IMG/VR virus record: IMGVR_UViG_3300042507_006854
Coordinates: 64,001 to 128,000 of that record
Length of the DNA: 64,000 nucleotides
Reading direction: 5' to 3' (one strand)
From: a virus
Both the position numbers and the translations under genes were made by a program. Under the pieces are notes generated by a model, which did no database searches, was not told the origin of the DNA, and saw nothing but the letters and a program-made list of their open reading frames with translations. Positions 21,342 to 31,185 of the stretch are shown one piece after another; within the stretch, counting starts at the first letter, position 1, and each line of letters starts with the position of its first letter.

Positions 21342-23872
21342 AATTTTTAGAACAATTTAAAAATATTGAGATGAAAAATGTCAACCTTGTGAGGTTGCCA
21401 AATATTTCTTTTACAAAAGAAGAGAAAGGTTTATTGGCTGAAAAAGCAGAAACAAACGAACAATTCCTTCAACAATTAGTAAATGAAGGATGGAAAAAGT
21501 TTCGTGATAAGATCCCAGAGCATAAAAAGAAAATCTATCTTGATCGTATCAAAGAAGAATTTGACATTGTCAAAGATTTAGGTTTTATTGATTACTTTCT
21601 TCTTGTTTGGCGTGTTATAAACAAAGCTCGTCAGCTTGGGGCTTTTATTGACTGGGGTCGTGGTTCAGCGGCGGGTAGTCTTATTTTCTATTTGATTGGC
21701 GTTACTGGTGTTGACCCAATCGATAAGAATCTTTTCTTTACTCGTTTTATTTCTAAAACTCGTGCTAAAAAAGAAGTCATTGACGGAGTCACTTATATTC
21801 AAGGAGATCTTGCTCCAGATGTTGATATTAACTTGGGTGGAGTTCGTGATGAGATTATTGAGTGGCTTAAAAAATGCTACCCGAATAAAGTTTGCAAAAT
21901 TTCTTCTGTTTCTACTTTTTCTGGAAAAATTCTGGTTAAAGATGTTTTTAAAATCATGAATGAGGCCTCGGAAGAAGATGCCAGTCATTTAGCAGATACT
22001 ATTGGCAAGCATTTCGGAGTTGTTGAAGATATTGAAGATTCTTATAAGAATAGCGAGAAGTTTCGTGATTGGGCTGATCGTTACGCAGAAACTTACCAAG
22101 TAGCTTTAAAATTGCGCGGATTAATTCGTGGGAAATCTACTCATGCAAGCGGATATTTTCTTTCATATTACCCTCTTGACAAGTTTGCTCCTGTCGAGAT
22201 GAATAAAGAAGGTGAGTTAACCATTTCTTATGAAATGAATACTGCGGCGAAGTTTGGTATCAAACTTGATCTTCTTGGTCTTATTAGTAATGAGATTATT
22301 AAAAATGTCTTTGAATTAATTTCAGAAAAATTTGAAGATATTAATCTTGATGATAATCCAGAAGTTTATACTCATCTTCAACGTGAGGACTTGCTTCCAT
22401 ATGGACTCTATCAAATTAGTGCTGATTGTGCTTATCGTGTTTGCAAAAACATTCGTCCAGCAAATATTGCACATTTGAGTGACGTAAATGCTATAGCCCG
22501 ACCTGGAGCCCTTGCTTACGAAAAAGATTACATTAATTTTAGTGGAGAAGCTCCACATGAAAAACTCGCCCCAGTATTTGCGGAAACGCGTAATCTTCCT
22601 CTTTATCAAGAACAATTAATTCAAGCTCTTGTTACGGTTGGTTTTACTGCTGACGAGTCTGAATATATTCGTCGTATTATTGGTAAAAAGAAACGGGACG
22701 AAATGCCCAAGTGGAAAGATAAAGTTTTCGAGATCTGTGAAAAGAATGGGTTTGGAGAACAGGTTGCGGAAGCTATTTGGAAAGTCATGTTGGATTCCGC
22801 TGACTACAGTTTTAATAAATCGCATTCTTACTGTGTTGCCTATCTGGGAGCTTTAACTGTTTATCTCAAATATAAGTATCCTTTGGAATTTTTTACGGCA
22901 TGTCTTAACGCTATTCAAAAGCTTCCTGATCCTATGGACGAAATCAGACAGATCGAGAGGGAACTGCCTTATTTTAATATAAAATTGCTTCCGCCAAGCT
23001 TATTGAAGTCGGACATAGGATTTACAGTCGAGGGCAAAAATATTAGATATGGTTTAAGCGCAATTAAAGGCGTTTCAGATAGCTCAATTGAAAAACTTAT
23101 TAAATTCCGTGGAGAATATGATAATAAGATTGATTGTTTCTTAGCTGCAAAACAGGCCGGATTAAACATTGGTATTGTTTCATCCCTTATTCAAGCTGGA
23201 GCGCTTGACGATCTTGGTTCGTCACGCCCACATCTTGTTTTACAGGTTCAAGCCTTTAATCTCTTAACCGATAAAGAAAAACGTCTTGTGAAGGGTTTGC
23301 ACGATGAAGGCGAAAATAAAAATATTCTTAGTATTATTCAATTGCTTGTAGATAAAAAGCAAATTAAAGAATCTCGTTTTGAGACGTTTAAGAAAAAGTA
23401 TGCGTCTTATAAACAAATTTATGAGTTAAATAGTCGAAACGAGGCACTTACAAATTATTTTTATGAAAAGAATTGTCTGGGTTTTAGTTATAGTCAAAAC
23501 CTCACTGAGATCTTTAAACAAGGTAACCATAATTTTATTACTATTAAAGACGCTTTTGAAACTAAAGAAGATAATGATAGAGTATTGTTAATTGGGGAAA
23601 TTGTTGAACCACCAAGACAATCTAAATCTAGAAATGGTAATAAATTTTTTAAAGCGAATGTGGCCGATGATACCGGTAAAATTTCAGTTCTTCTTTTTGA
23701 TGGTCGCTTTGGACTGTTTGAAGATTGTAAAGATAAGAATGGTGGCGCATTCCCAGAAGAGGAAGATATTGTAATTGTTAAAGGGCGTTTAAAAGGAACA
23801 GATGCTATCTTTGCAGATGAGATAGTTAAGCAAGACTGTAAAATATATAAGAATATGAGAGACTTAAAATAA
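21338..23872 (+). CDS. dnaE: DNA polymerase III alpha (PHP-less)
   Basis: GRGSAAGS, PDVDI, KLDLLGL, YSFNKSHS, OB-fold C-terminus. Confidence 0.92.
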   Translation: MKFLEQFKNIEMKNVNLVRLPNISFTKEEKGLLAEKAETNEQFLQQLVNEGWKKFRDKIPEHKKKIYLDRIKEEFDIVKDLGFIDYFLLVWRVINKARQLGAFIDWGRGSAAGSLIFYLIGVTGVDPIDKNLFFTRFISKTRAKKEVIDGVTYIQGDLAPDVDINLGGVRDEIIEWLKKCYPNKVCKISSVSTFSGKILVKDVFKIMNEASEEDASHLADTIGKHFGVVEDIEDSYKNSEKFRDWADRYAETYQVALKLRGLIRGKSTHASGYFLSYYPLDKFAPVEMNKEGELTISYEMNTAAKFGIKLDLLGLISNEIIKNVFELISEKFEDINLDDNPEVYTHLQREDLLPYGLYQISADCAYRVCKNIRPANIAHLSDVNAIARPGALAYEKDYINFSGEAPHEKLAPVFAETRNLPLYQEQLIQALVTVGFTADESEYIRRIIGKKKRDEMPKWKDKVFEICEKNGFGEQVAEAIWKVMLDSADYSFNKSHSYCVAYLGALTVYLKYKYPLEFFTACLNAIQKLPDPMDEIRQIERELPYFNIKLLPPSLLKSDIGFTVEGKNIRYGLSAIKGVSDSSIEKLIKFRGEYDNKIDCFLAAKQAGLNIGIVSSLIQAGALDDLGSSRPHLVLQVQAFNLLTDKEKRLVKGLHDEGENKNILSIIQLLVDKKQIKESRFETFKKKYASYKQIYELNSRNEALTNYFYEKNCLGFSYSQNLTEIFKQGNHNFITIKDAFETKEDNDRVLLIGEIVEPPRQSKSRNGNKFFKANVADDTGKISVLLFDGRFGLFEDCKDKNGGAFPEEEDIVIVKGRLKGTDAIFADEIVKQDCKIYKNMRDLK

Positions 23873-24631
23873 TTAGTATTCTTTAACAATTTCAAAAGAA
23901 CCTTCTACATACCCACCGGCACTTACAGTAGACTCAGAACTTGTAAGCTTACCATTTTGAATACTCGTATTAACACCGCCGCCGCCACCACAAATAGCGC
24001 CCACGCTTACAGTCACATTGTCAGAACCAGGGCATTGAGTTACAGCACGACCAGCATTTAAACCACGAGCGGTAATTGATTGTCTTGCGCTTCTAAAAGT
24101 AATCCCTAAAGCCGTTTGAGAACCTAGAATATAAATAGGTTCCCATTCTATAGATGCATTATATTCAAAACCAATAGCATTAGAAATTGCGGCAGAAGCA
24201 GATCCATGTCCAATTGGGGCGTCTTGTACAGTTCCCCCTCCGCCTTGACTCATAGGGCCACCACCAGGACCAAAAACAGTAAATGATAAAGATCCATTTA
24301 CAATTGCATTTGCTTCTGCTGATAGCGTATGGCTTGTTAAATAAGCTTTTGCAAAAGATTGACCTCCAATAGAAACACTAGTTCCCTGATAAACTCCTGG
24401 ATTAGCGACAATTGCTGAAAAAATACTAAAACCGGGGTCGCCAGCCGAAATAATATAATCAATATTAATAGTTCCTTCTACCGCCCCATTTGGAATGGTA
24501 GCAATAGCATTTTTCTGACCTAGGACTCTGACGCCCTCCATAGGAACTTGGAAAGAATAACTAGCGCTATTGGCGTATAGATTAGATCCGCCAACATTTA
24601 CAGAAACATTTGTATAATTAATAAGGGACAT
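23873..24631 (-). CDS. Putative virion structural (tail tube-like) protein
   Basis: Beta/Gly-rich with internal two-fold repeat; resembles neighbour. Confidence 0.5.
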   Translation of the reverse strand: MSLINYTNVSVNVGGSNLYANSASYSFQVPMEGVRVLGQKNAIATIPNGAVEGTINIDYIISAGDPGFSIFSAIVANPGVYQGTSVSIGGQSFAKAYLTSHTLSAEANAIVNGSLSFTVFGPGGGPMSQGGGGTVQDAPIGHGSASAAISNAIGFEYNASIEWEPIYILGSQTALGITFRSARQSITARGLNAGRAVTQCPGSDNVTVSVGAICGGGGGVNTSIQNGKLTSSESTVSAGGYVEGSFEIVKEY

Positions 24632-24642
24632 ATTAATATAAT

Positions 24643-25437
24643 TTACATTAAAAATGAACGAAAGGTCAGCTCCATTGTGGTAGAATTTTCCACATCTCCG
24701 TTATAATTAGTTGAAACAAGTCTAGCGTTTGGAGCATAGAAACTTTCTATAATTTGAGAATTATCACAATTTTTAAGATCTATAGTTATATTCTGAATAT
24801 CGGGAGAACAAAGTAGTGTTTGTATATCGGGCGATTCGTAATCATCTATTTCTAAAGTTAAATTAAAATCAATAGAAATTGGTTTTTTAAGGAAAACATC
24901 GGCGGGATCAAAACTTCCAAGTACGAATATTGGAACTCTTTCACATGATACATTATATTCAAATGAGGTAATACGATTAGTAGTGCCTTGATTTGCGGAT
25001 ACAAAAATATTACCAAAATTAGCCACATAAATTTTATCTGAATTAATGGAGGGAGTAATCGGGGTTGTTATATTACCCCCAATATTACCATATACAACAA
25101 ATTCCGTATCTATATTAGCAATATCACCAACAGAACAGCTAGCATTATAATTTACTAAATAACCGCTTTGAAAGCCAAAAGATTGATTTTTATAATTTAC
25201 AAATCCATTACAGGGAGCATCTCCAGTTAAAGATTTTAAAGGATCGGCATTAATTAAAAATCTACTAAAATTTATATTTCTAGTTAATTCTCCTTGAACT
25301 GTTGCGCCAAAGTTATTTCCTAATAAATCCACATTCTCATACGGAATGTCGATATTTCCATTAAAACTAGTAACTCCAGAAAGCTCTTGGCCATTTATAA
25401 TTAGTTTTTGATCTGGATGTATTATTCTACCGTACAT
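24643..25437 (-). CDS. Putative virion structural (tail tube-like) protein
   Basis: FEYNVSCERVPIFVLGS matches FEYNASIEWEPIYILGS of neighbour. Confidence 0.5.
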   Translation of the reverse strand: MYGRIIHPDQKLIINGQELSGVTSFNGNIDIPYENVDLLGNNFGATVQGELTRNINFSRFLINADPLKSLTGDAPCNGFVNYKNQSFGFQSGYLVNYNASCSVGDIANIDTEFVVYGNIGGNITTPITPSINSDKIYVANFGNIFVSANQGTTNRITSFEYNVSCERVPIFVLGSFDPADVFLKKPISIDFNLTLEIDDYESPDIQTLLCSPDIQNITIDLKNCDNSQIIESFYAPNARLVSTNYNGDVENSTTMELTFRSFLM

Positions 25438-25497
25438 AACTTATTTTACACTTATTTAAGGGTGGCTTAATTTTTATAATTAATGTAAATTATATAT

Positions 25498-26379
25498 ATG
25501 CCGATTCCAAATCCTAAAAAATCAGAAAAACAGGGAGATTTTGTTTCTCGTTGTATGGGCGATGAAACTATGAATAAAGATTTTCCTGATCAAAAGCAAC
25601 GCGCCGCAGTTTGTTATTCACAGTTTAAGAAAGCTAATGCGAGCATTGAAGCGGCAGAAAGTTTAGAAGAGTATAAGCAAGATTTTTTCAATATGTCTGT
25701 AGGGTCTTTAAATTCTATTAAAAAACATGCAGAAAATATTCTAGATTCTTTAAATGATCCGATGGTTAAAAATAATTTAACCGAATCTTGGTTACAGGGA
25801 AAAATTGCTATTACTGAAGATTACATGTTAACAATTCATAATTATGTAATGTTTGTAGATGAAAATGGAGAGGAATCAGAAGAATCAGAAGTAGACGCTG
25901 CTGCAGAAGATCTTACTGTAGATAATCTTTATATTCCAGAAGAATCTGAATATGTTTCTGCAGAAGAAGTAGTATTTGATGAAAATGATGTTGTAGAAAT
26001 AGACATTGCAAAAGAAAGACCTGGTCTTTGGGAAAATATTAGACGTAAAAAGAAAAGAGAAGGCAAAAATTATAAGCCAGCAAAACCTGGGGATAAAGAT
26101 CGCCCATCTTCAGAAGCTTGGAAAAAAGCTCAAGGCGCTGAATACCAAGGTCGAAAAGTCACTTTAAATAAACCATTCAGAACTCCAGGTGGTCCTAAAA
26201 AATTTGCCGTATATACTAAAAATCAAAGCGGTAATGTTGTAATCGTAAGATTCGGTGACCCGAATATGAAAATTAAAAAGAATATTCCTGAGCGCAGAAA
26301 AAGTTTTCGAGCCCGACATAATTGTTCGAGTCCTGGTCCAAAATGGAAAGCTAGATATTGGGCTTGCAAAAGTTGGTAA
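25498..26379 (+). CDS. Phage protein with acidic middle and basic C-terminal domain
   Basis: FVSRCM..QRAAVCY N-terminus; VRFGD..RRKSFRARH.C..ARYWAC domain seen in large phages. Confidence 0.6.
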   Translation: MPIPNPKKSEKQGDFVSRCMGDETMNKDFPDQKQRAAVCYSQFKKANASIEAAESLEEYKQDFFNMSVGSLNSIKKHAENILDSLNDPMVKNNLTESWLQGKIAITEDYMLTIHNYVMFVDENGEESEESEVDAAAEDLTVDNLYIPEESEYVSAEEVVFDENDVVEIDIAKERPGLWENIRRKKKREGKNYKPAKPGDKDRPSSEAWKKAQGAEYQGRKVTLNKPFRTPGGPKKFAVYTKNQSGNVVIVRFGDPNMKIKKNIPERRKSFRARHNCSSPGPKWKARYWACKSW

Positions 26380-26423
26380 ATTTTATTGACTAGTTAAAAA
26401 AATAGTTCTATCATATTGGCTAT

Positions 26424-26711
26424 ATGATAGTAACATGGACAGTAGAAGGTGTCGATTGGTCAAAAAATATAAAAGCGAGTATTGACTCCGAGCCTTCTGA
26501 AATTGCCACCCGTGGGGTAGAATCTATTTTAGAATCACTAAAAACAGAAGAAGATTCAATTCAGTTCGGCGCTATTTTGAGAGTCTTTCATAATAAAATG
26601 AAAGACGAAGGCGAGCATTGGATTATTTATGCTCCACCAATTTTAGCTAATGCTGGTCATTATCAAGATGCCGAAGAGCTTAAGCAAGCCTCGGAAAGAG
26701 AATTCTTGTGA
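26424..26711 (+). CDS. Hypothetical protein
   Basis: TTGACT promoter upstream. Confidence 0.55.
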   Translation: MIVTWTVEGVDWSKNIKASIDSEPSEIATRGVESILESLKTEEDSIQFGAILRVFHNKMKDEGEHWIIYAPPILANAGHYQDAEELKQASEREFL

Positions 26712-27946
26712 ACAAGCACCTTACATATGAAGAATACCGACAAATTTTGGAATCTCTTCTTGAGCATCATGGGGTATTTTATCAATTTTGGCGTTTGGTT
26801 AAGCCTGTTTATAGTAATGATATTCCTACTGCATGCGTTGGCTTTAATAAAGAAGGTAATTGCATTGAATTTTTAATCAATAAAAAGTTTTGGGACAAAC
26901 AATCAGAACATAATAAAAAATTTATTATTGCCCATGAATGTCTTCACGTAATAAATTCTCACGGAAAACGTGCTGGTAAAAAAATGTCAAACTTGGCAAA
27001 TCAAGCAATGGATATTGTTGTCAATGAAAGTCTTGTAAAATATTTTAAATTTAATCGAAAAGAGATAGATCCAAAGACTGAATATTATTGGATGGATAAT
27101 TCATTTGATAATGATCCCAATATTCTCCCATGGAATAATTTTGAGTATTATTATAATAGGCTATTAAAAGACGCTAAATTTGTAAAGAACAAACAACTTA
27201 TTAATGATCATAGTGGTCTTGGAGATTTTCCAGAAGACCATGTTCAACAGATTATTAATAATCTTTCAGAAGAAGACGCGGAAAGTCTTAAAAATATAAC
27301 AGAAGATGCTCAGAAAAATTCACGTAAAAATGATGATAAATCTATAGGTAACATAAAGGGCGGGTTAATTCAAAAAATTGAAAATAAACCAACTCAATAT
27401 AAAAAGAAATGGGAAAGTATTATAAGGCGTTTTGAAAAGAAAATGTCTAAAGATGAGGGTTTGGAGTCACACTGGATAATGAAAGATCGTCGTTTATATA
27501 ATCTTAATTTTAATATTTTTCTTCCATCTGATATAGAACAAACATTAAGAAAAACAGAAAGTGAGAAAGTTGCTACATGGTTTTTTATGGATACTAGTGG
27601 TTCTTGTTGGGGTTTAGCTCAACGCTTTTTCCAAGCGGCCAAAAGTTTAGACCCAGAAAAATTTGATGTTAAATATTTTGCTTTTGATACGGAAGTATAT
27701 GAAGTAGATTTAAAAAAACAAAAATTAGATGGCGGCGGAGGAACAAGTTTTCGTTGTATTACAGACTATATTTATAACAATAAAAAAGTAAAACCATTTG
27801 TTTGGATTTTAACTGATGGGTGGGGTTATGGCGCACAGATTCCAGAAGACCAAAGAAAAAAATGGAATTGGTTCTTAACAGAAGATGGAACAACAGCTTA
27901 TATCCCACAAGGATGTAAACTGCATGAGCTTAAGAATTTTGAATAA
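26708..27946 (+). CDS. HExxH metallopeptidase-like + VWA domain protein (DUF2201-like)
   Basis: AHECLH, MIDAS DTSGS, GGGTSF, LTDG. Confidence 0.85.
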   Translation: MNKHLTYEEYRQILESLLEHHGVFYQFWRLVKPVYSNDIPTACVGFNKEGNCIEFLINKKFWDKQSEHNKKFIIAHECLHVINSHGKRAGKKMSNLANQAMDIVVNESLVKYFKFNRKEIDPKTEYYWMDNSFDNDPNILPWNNFEYYYNRLLKDAKFVKNKQLINDHSGLGDFPEDHVQQIINNLSEEDAESLKNITEDAQKNSRKNDDKSIGNIKGGLIQKIENKPTQYKKKWESIIRRFEKKMSKDEGLESHWIMKDRRLYNLNFNIFLPSDIEQTLRKTESEKVATWFFMDTSGSCWGLAQRFFQAAKSLDPEKFDVKYFAFDTEVYEVDLKKQKLDGGGGTSFRCITDYIYNNKKVKPFVWILTDGWGYGAQIPEDQRKKWNWFLTEDGTTAYIPQGCKLHELKNFE

Positions 27947-27949
27947 ATT

Positions 27950-28255
27950 TTAAGCATAATCCCAATCTGGATCTCCAGATAGATTATTTGGATTTCCAGG
28001 AGGATCGTTTAAAAATTTTTTCAATTCGTCTCCACAAAACTCTGCTGGCCTTGTCGCTGTCATATTTCCTTCTGAATCTGGGCCAGTTACCCTCCATTCG
28101 TCTGGATTATTTTTCATATCATCTCGAACTTTATCTAACGTATCTTGAGTGACGTTTTCACCATTATATACTGTAGCAGGATCATTTGGATTGGGTGGAA
28201 AAGTTACTTCAACGATTCTTTTGCAACATTTGGGTTTTCCAGGATGAATTGTCAT
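27950..28255 (-). CDS. Small CCxR/NPDxW/FC family protein, paralog 4
   Basis: CCKR..NNPDEW..EFCG. Confidence 0.75.
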   Translation of the reverse strand: MTIHPGKPKCCKRIVEVTFPPNPNDPATVYNGENVTQDTLDKVRDDMKNNPDEWRVTGPDSEGNMTATRPAEFCGDELKKFLNDPPGNPNNLSGDPDWDYA

Positions 28256-28261
28256 AACGAG

Positions 28262-28543
28262 TTAGGGGGCAGGAATTCTTGAAAGACTACCTCCACAAAA
28301 AATACCATCTTTTATTAAAGTTATTGATCCATCTGGATTATCAACTCCAGTCCATTCATCAGGATTATTTTGTGCGTCATCAACAATACGCTCTACGTCT
28401 TGATCTCTAACATTAGAATCTTCTGATCCTTTAGAGTCTTTAGCGACACTATATCCAGGATCGTTTTCATCATCGCTTGGAGGTTGTATATTTAAATAAA
28501 TAGATCTACGACAGCAAGGTGGTGAAGGAGTATAATAAGCCAT
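28262..28543 (-). CDS. Small CCxR/NPDxW/FC family protein, paralog 3
   Basis: CCRR..NNPDEW..IFCG. Confidence 0.75.
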   Translation of the reverse strand: MAYYTPSPPCCRRSIYLNIQPPSDDENDPGYSVAKDSKGSEDSNVRDQDVERIVDDAQNNPDEWTGVDNPDGSITLIKDGIFCGGSLSRIPAP

Positions 28544-28566
28544 AATATAAATTTACATTTAAAAAA

Positions 28567-28878
28567 TTATAACCAACCGTTAAAATAACTACCGCAAAAT
28601 TCAGCTTCTCTATAAAATGAACCGCCTGGATTTTGACCAGGTGGAACCGGACCACTCCATTTATCTGGATTATTTTTAAAATCATTAATTGCAGTTTGTG
28701 CCGCATGTGATGATAAAGGAGGATTTCCACCTCCTTTAGCTACATCCCAAAATTCACTACCAGGACCTGGTGGACCAACGTAAATTCTTCTTTTACAACA
28801 AATAAAAGGGCCTAAAAATCCTAATAAAAAAATACTATTAGCCAAACTGAATTCAATAATATTAATTAATGTATTCAT
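28567..28878 (-). CDS. Small CCxR/NPDxW/FC family protein, paralog 2
   Basis: CCKR..NNPDKW..EFCG; hydrophobic N-terminus. Confidence 0.75.
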   Translation of the reverse strand: MNTLINIIEFSLANSIFLLGFLGPFICCKRRIYVGPPGPGSEFWDVAKGGGNPPLSSHAAQTAINDFKNNPDKWSGPVPPGQNPGGSFYREAEFCGSYFNGWL

Positions 28879-28897
28879 AATTTTTATATTACACTAG

Positions 28898-29209
28898 TTA
28901 AGAACCGAAATGTTCTATTTTTCCGCTCCCATTACAAAATGTGGCCATTCTTTGAAAAGTTTGTCGATTAGGATTTCCTGGTTTTTCAGTCCATTGATCG
29001 GGATTATCTATAAAGTCTTGCCTCATTTTTGCTTGATCTTCTTGTGATAAAGGTTCTCCGTCACCAGGTTTAGGATCATTTGGGTCACCGTTATCTCTTG
29101 AGTGCTCTGGGTCATCAAAATAATAATTTAAAGGCCCCTCATTTAACTGTTTAAATGACAAGGTTAGAAGTCTTCTACAGCAACCATCTGGAGGTCCACC
29201 AGCTTGCAT
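28898..29209 (-). CDS. Small CCxR/NPDxW/FC family protein, paralog 1
   Basis: CCRR..DNPDQW..TFCN. Confidence 0.75.
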   Translation of the reverse strand: MQAGGPPDGCCRRLLTLSFKQLNEGPLNYYFDDPEHSRDNGDPNDPKPGDGEPLSQEDQAKMRQDFIDNPDQWTEKPGNPNRQTFQRMATFCNGSGKIEHFGS

Positions 29210-30829
29210 TTATTGATTCCTTGGTGGGTCAATACAAATGACTTGTTTATTAGCTAATTTGAAACATCCGTAGACCCCAGATGGAATACTTTCTACTGTT
29301 TCATAATCATAAATATTCGTAGTATATAAGTTACGGAATCTTCTTGTTTTAGAATTATCTGGGAAAATTTTTATACCAGAAGGTAAATTTTTTCTTAATT
29401 GCAAATAACTATTATTAATTCCTTTTCTTAAATTATTATTTGATAATTCAATAGATTTTCTGAGATTATATGATAATCCGAACCCTCTTTTTAAGACTGG
29501 CTCTGAGATAATAAAATTTCCACTTCCCGTAGTTAAAGGATTTTTAAAAGTATTTCTTATTGTTTGATCAATGTATGAATTATCTCCGTAATTTTTATAG
29601 AAGAATCTAAATTCGTTATTTGTGCCCATACGGCCATCTTTAGTCGTGATATATTCTAAAGTAATAGAATGTCCAGATGGTATTGTCCCATCCCATGTAC
29701 CCGTCGCCAAAGTTTTATTATTTATATATAAACCACTGTAAAATTTATAGAACCACGTGTCTTTTAATGGGGTTGTTTGTTTTAATACGTTTAATAATTT
29801 ATATTTATTATTAATTCCCGAATTAAAATTATCTATTATTGGGTTTAAACTTATGCCAGAATCAAATATATTTTGACCGCTAGGTAAATATTCAGAACCA
29901 ATATCTAAAATATTAACACTAATCCCAGAATTAATTTGAACATATTCATATTTTGGTGGTTTACCAGCAACTTTGGGTTGAATTTTTGAAAGTCTTAACT
30001 CTAAATTATCAACTATAGTATTAACAAATCTGTTTTGCACCCCGTGAGGACTAACATAAACAATTTTTTCTGTTCCGTTTGTTGATTTTAATGATGCGAC
30101 TAATAATCCATTCATGTCTTTATACATTTCAGGATATGTATAAACCGAATCTAAAGCGATAACAGTATTTAATTGAAAAACTGGATATTGCCAAAGAGTT
30201 ACGCTATTTGGGTATGGTAAATAACCTGAAACATTTTCATATTTCTTATATAAGAATGTATTTCTATTGTCGTAATTAATTCCGCTATTATAACCGGTAA
30301 TATAATAGCCTGATGTTATAACATTGTTTTGAATAGTAATTGGTTGATAATTAAGTTTAGCTCCTGTTAAAGATGTATTGTTTGATAGATTTGCGGGAAA
30401 TTGAATTCTAGAGAAAGGTAAATTTCTATCAATACTTTTGAGATGTGTTTCTCTCGATTCTAAAAGTGGTTTAAAAAAATTGCTATTTAAAGTTTCAAAT
30501 CTGATTTTATATGGAGCGAAATAAGAATAATCTCCATAGAAATTTAAGGCAAGTTCTGAAATAGTTTCATAAATTTTATTATCATTTTTAATAATAATAT
30601 TTTCAAAAGCGTTTTGCTTTCTTCTACTAAAAAGAATATCATTATAAAGAGTTTTTCTTAGAACTGCTGTCGGTATAACGTTTCTTAAAGTTCCAAGATT
30701 TATTACATCAAATTTATAGTCACGAATTCTCGAATTTGGGTGTGGCTTAGTATCTATTCCAGCCCCATCAAATGCAGATGGAACAAAACTTAACCCTAAT
30801 TTTTTATAATTATTTGTCGAAAGACTCAT
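29210..30829 (-). CDS. Ribozyme-linked large protein, paralog A (putative virion protein)
   Basis: NLGTLR, KIVYVSPH, LKQTTPLKDTWFYK, TGTWDGTIPSG, GCF..CIDPP shared with paralogs B-D. Confidence 0.75.
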   Translation of the reverse strand: MSLSTNNYKKLGLSFVPSAFDGAGIDTKPHPNSRIRDYKFDVINLGTLRNVIPTAVLRKTLYNDILFSRRKQNAFENIIIKNDNKIYETISELALNFYGDYSYFAPYKIRFETLNSNFFKPLLESRETHLKSIDRNLPFSRIQFPANLSNNTSLTGAKLNYQPITIQNNVITSGYYITGYNSGINYDNRNTFLYKKYENVSGYLPYPNSVTLWQYPVFQLNTVIALDSVYTYPEMYKDMNGLLVASLKSTNGTEKIVYVSPHGVQNRFVNTIVDNLELRLSKIQPKVAGKPPKYEYVQINSGISVNILDIGSEYLPSGQNIFDSGISLNPIIDNFNSGINNKYKLLNVLKQTTPLKDTWFYKFYSGLYINNKTLATGTWDGTIPSGHSITLEYITTKDGRMGTNNEFRFFYKNYGDNSYIDQTIRNTFKNPLTTGSGNFIISEPVLKRGFGLSYNLRKSIELSNNNLRKGINNSYLQLRKNLPSGIKIFPDNSKTRRFRNLYTTNIYDYETVESIPSGVYGCFKLANKQVICIDPPRNQ

Positions 30830-30834
30830 AGTTT

Positions 30835-30900
30835 ACCATCCCCTGTCAGACACTATTCGGCGCTCTCTCTTGGTGAGCGCCTACTTCCGGTCTAACTGGG
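30835..30900 (-). ncRNA. Predicted 66-nt circular RNA exon A
   Basis: Between omega-G (30901) and GGGAUGGU|AAAC, which pairs with the IGS; folds as a rod. Confidence 0.65.
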
Positions 30901-31140
30901 CAACTTATGTTATCGTGCGGGAGTTTACCCCGCACATCTCTACGTCACCGTAGAGTTCAGACTATATCTTGTTTACGTTTGCACGTAAATCAGGGCGCTC
31001 GTGGGAAGATTACTGTCCGTTCTGGACTCGCTTCCTAGTCGTTACACCTTTTTCGTATTCCTACGAAACTTGGCTCGGTATTGTCTTTGCCGCGTTAGCG
31101 GCAAAGAGTTCCACCGAATTCACCCCGAAATGGCCTAAAT
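30901..31140 (-). ncRNA. Group I ribozyme copy A (permuted, IA-like, no ORF)
   Basis: P GAAUUCGGUGGAA, Q AAUACCGAGCCAAG, R GUGUAACGACUA, S AAGAUAUAGUCU; P3, P7, P8, P9 pair; ends AAGUUG. Confidence 0.9.
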
Positions 31141-31185
31141 TTTAAAAGATCGATAATAATATTTACACGTAAATTTATGTTTTTT

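Noticed and set aside
30835-30900. Rolling-circle translation of the circles (66, 66, 192 nt are multiples of 3)
   Set aside because: Stops occur in the frames read. A 19-aa junction-spanning ORF (MVPVRPEV...) in circle A has no counterpart in B or C.
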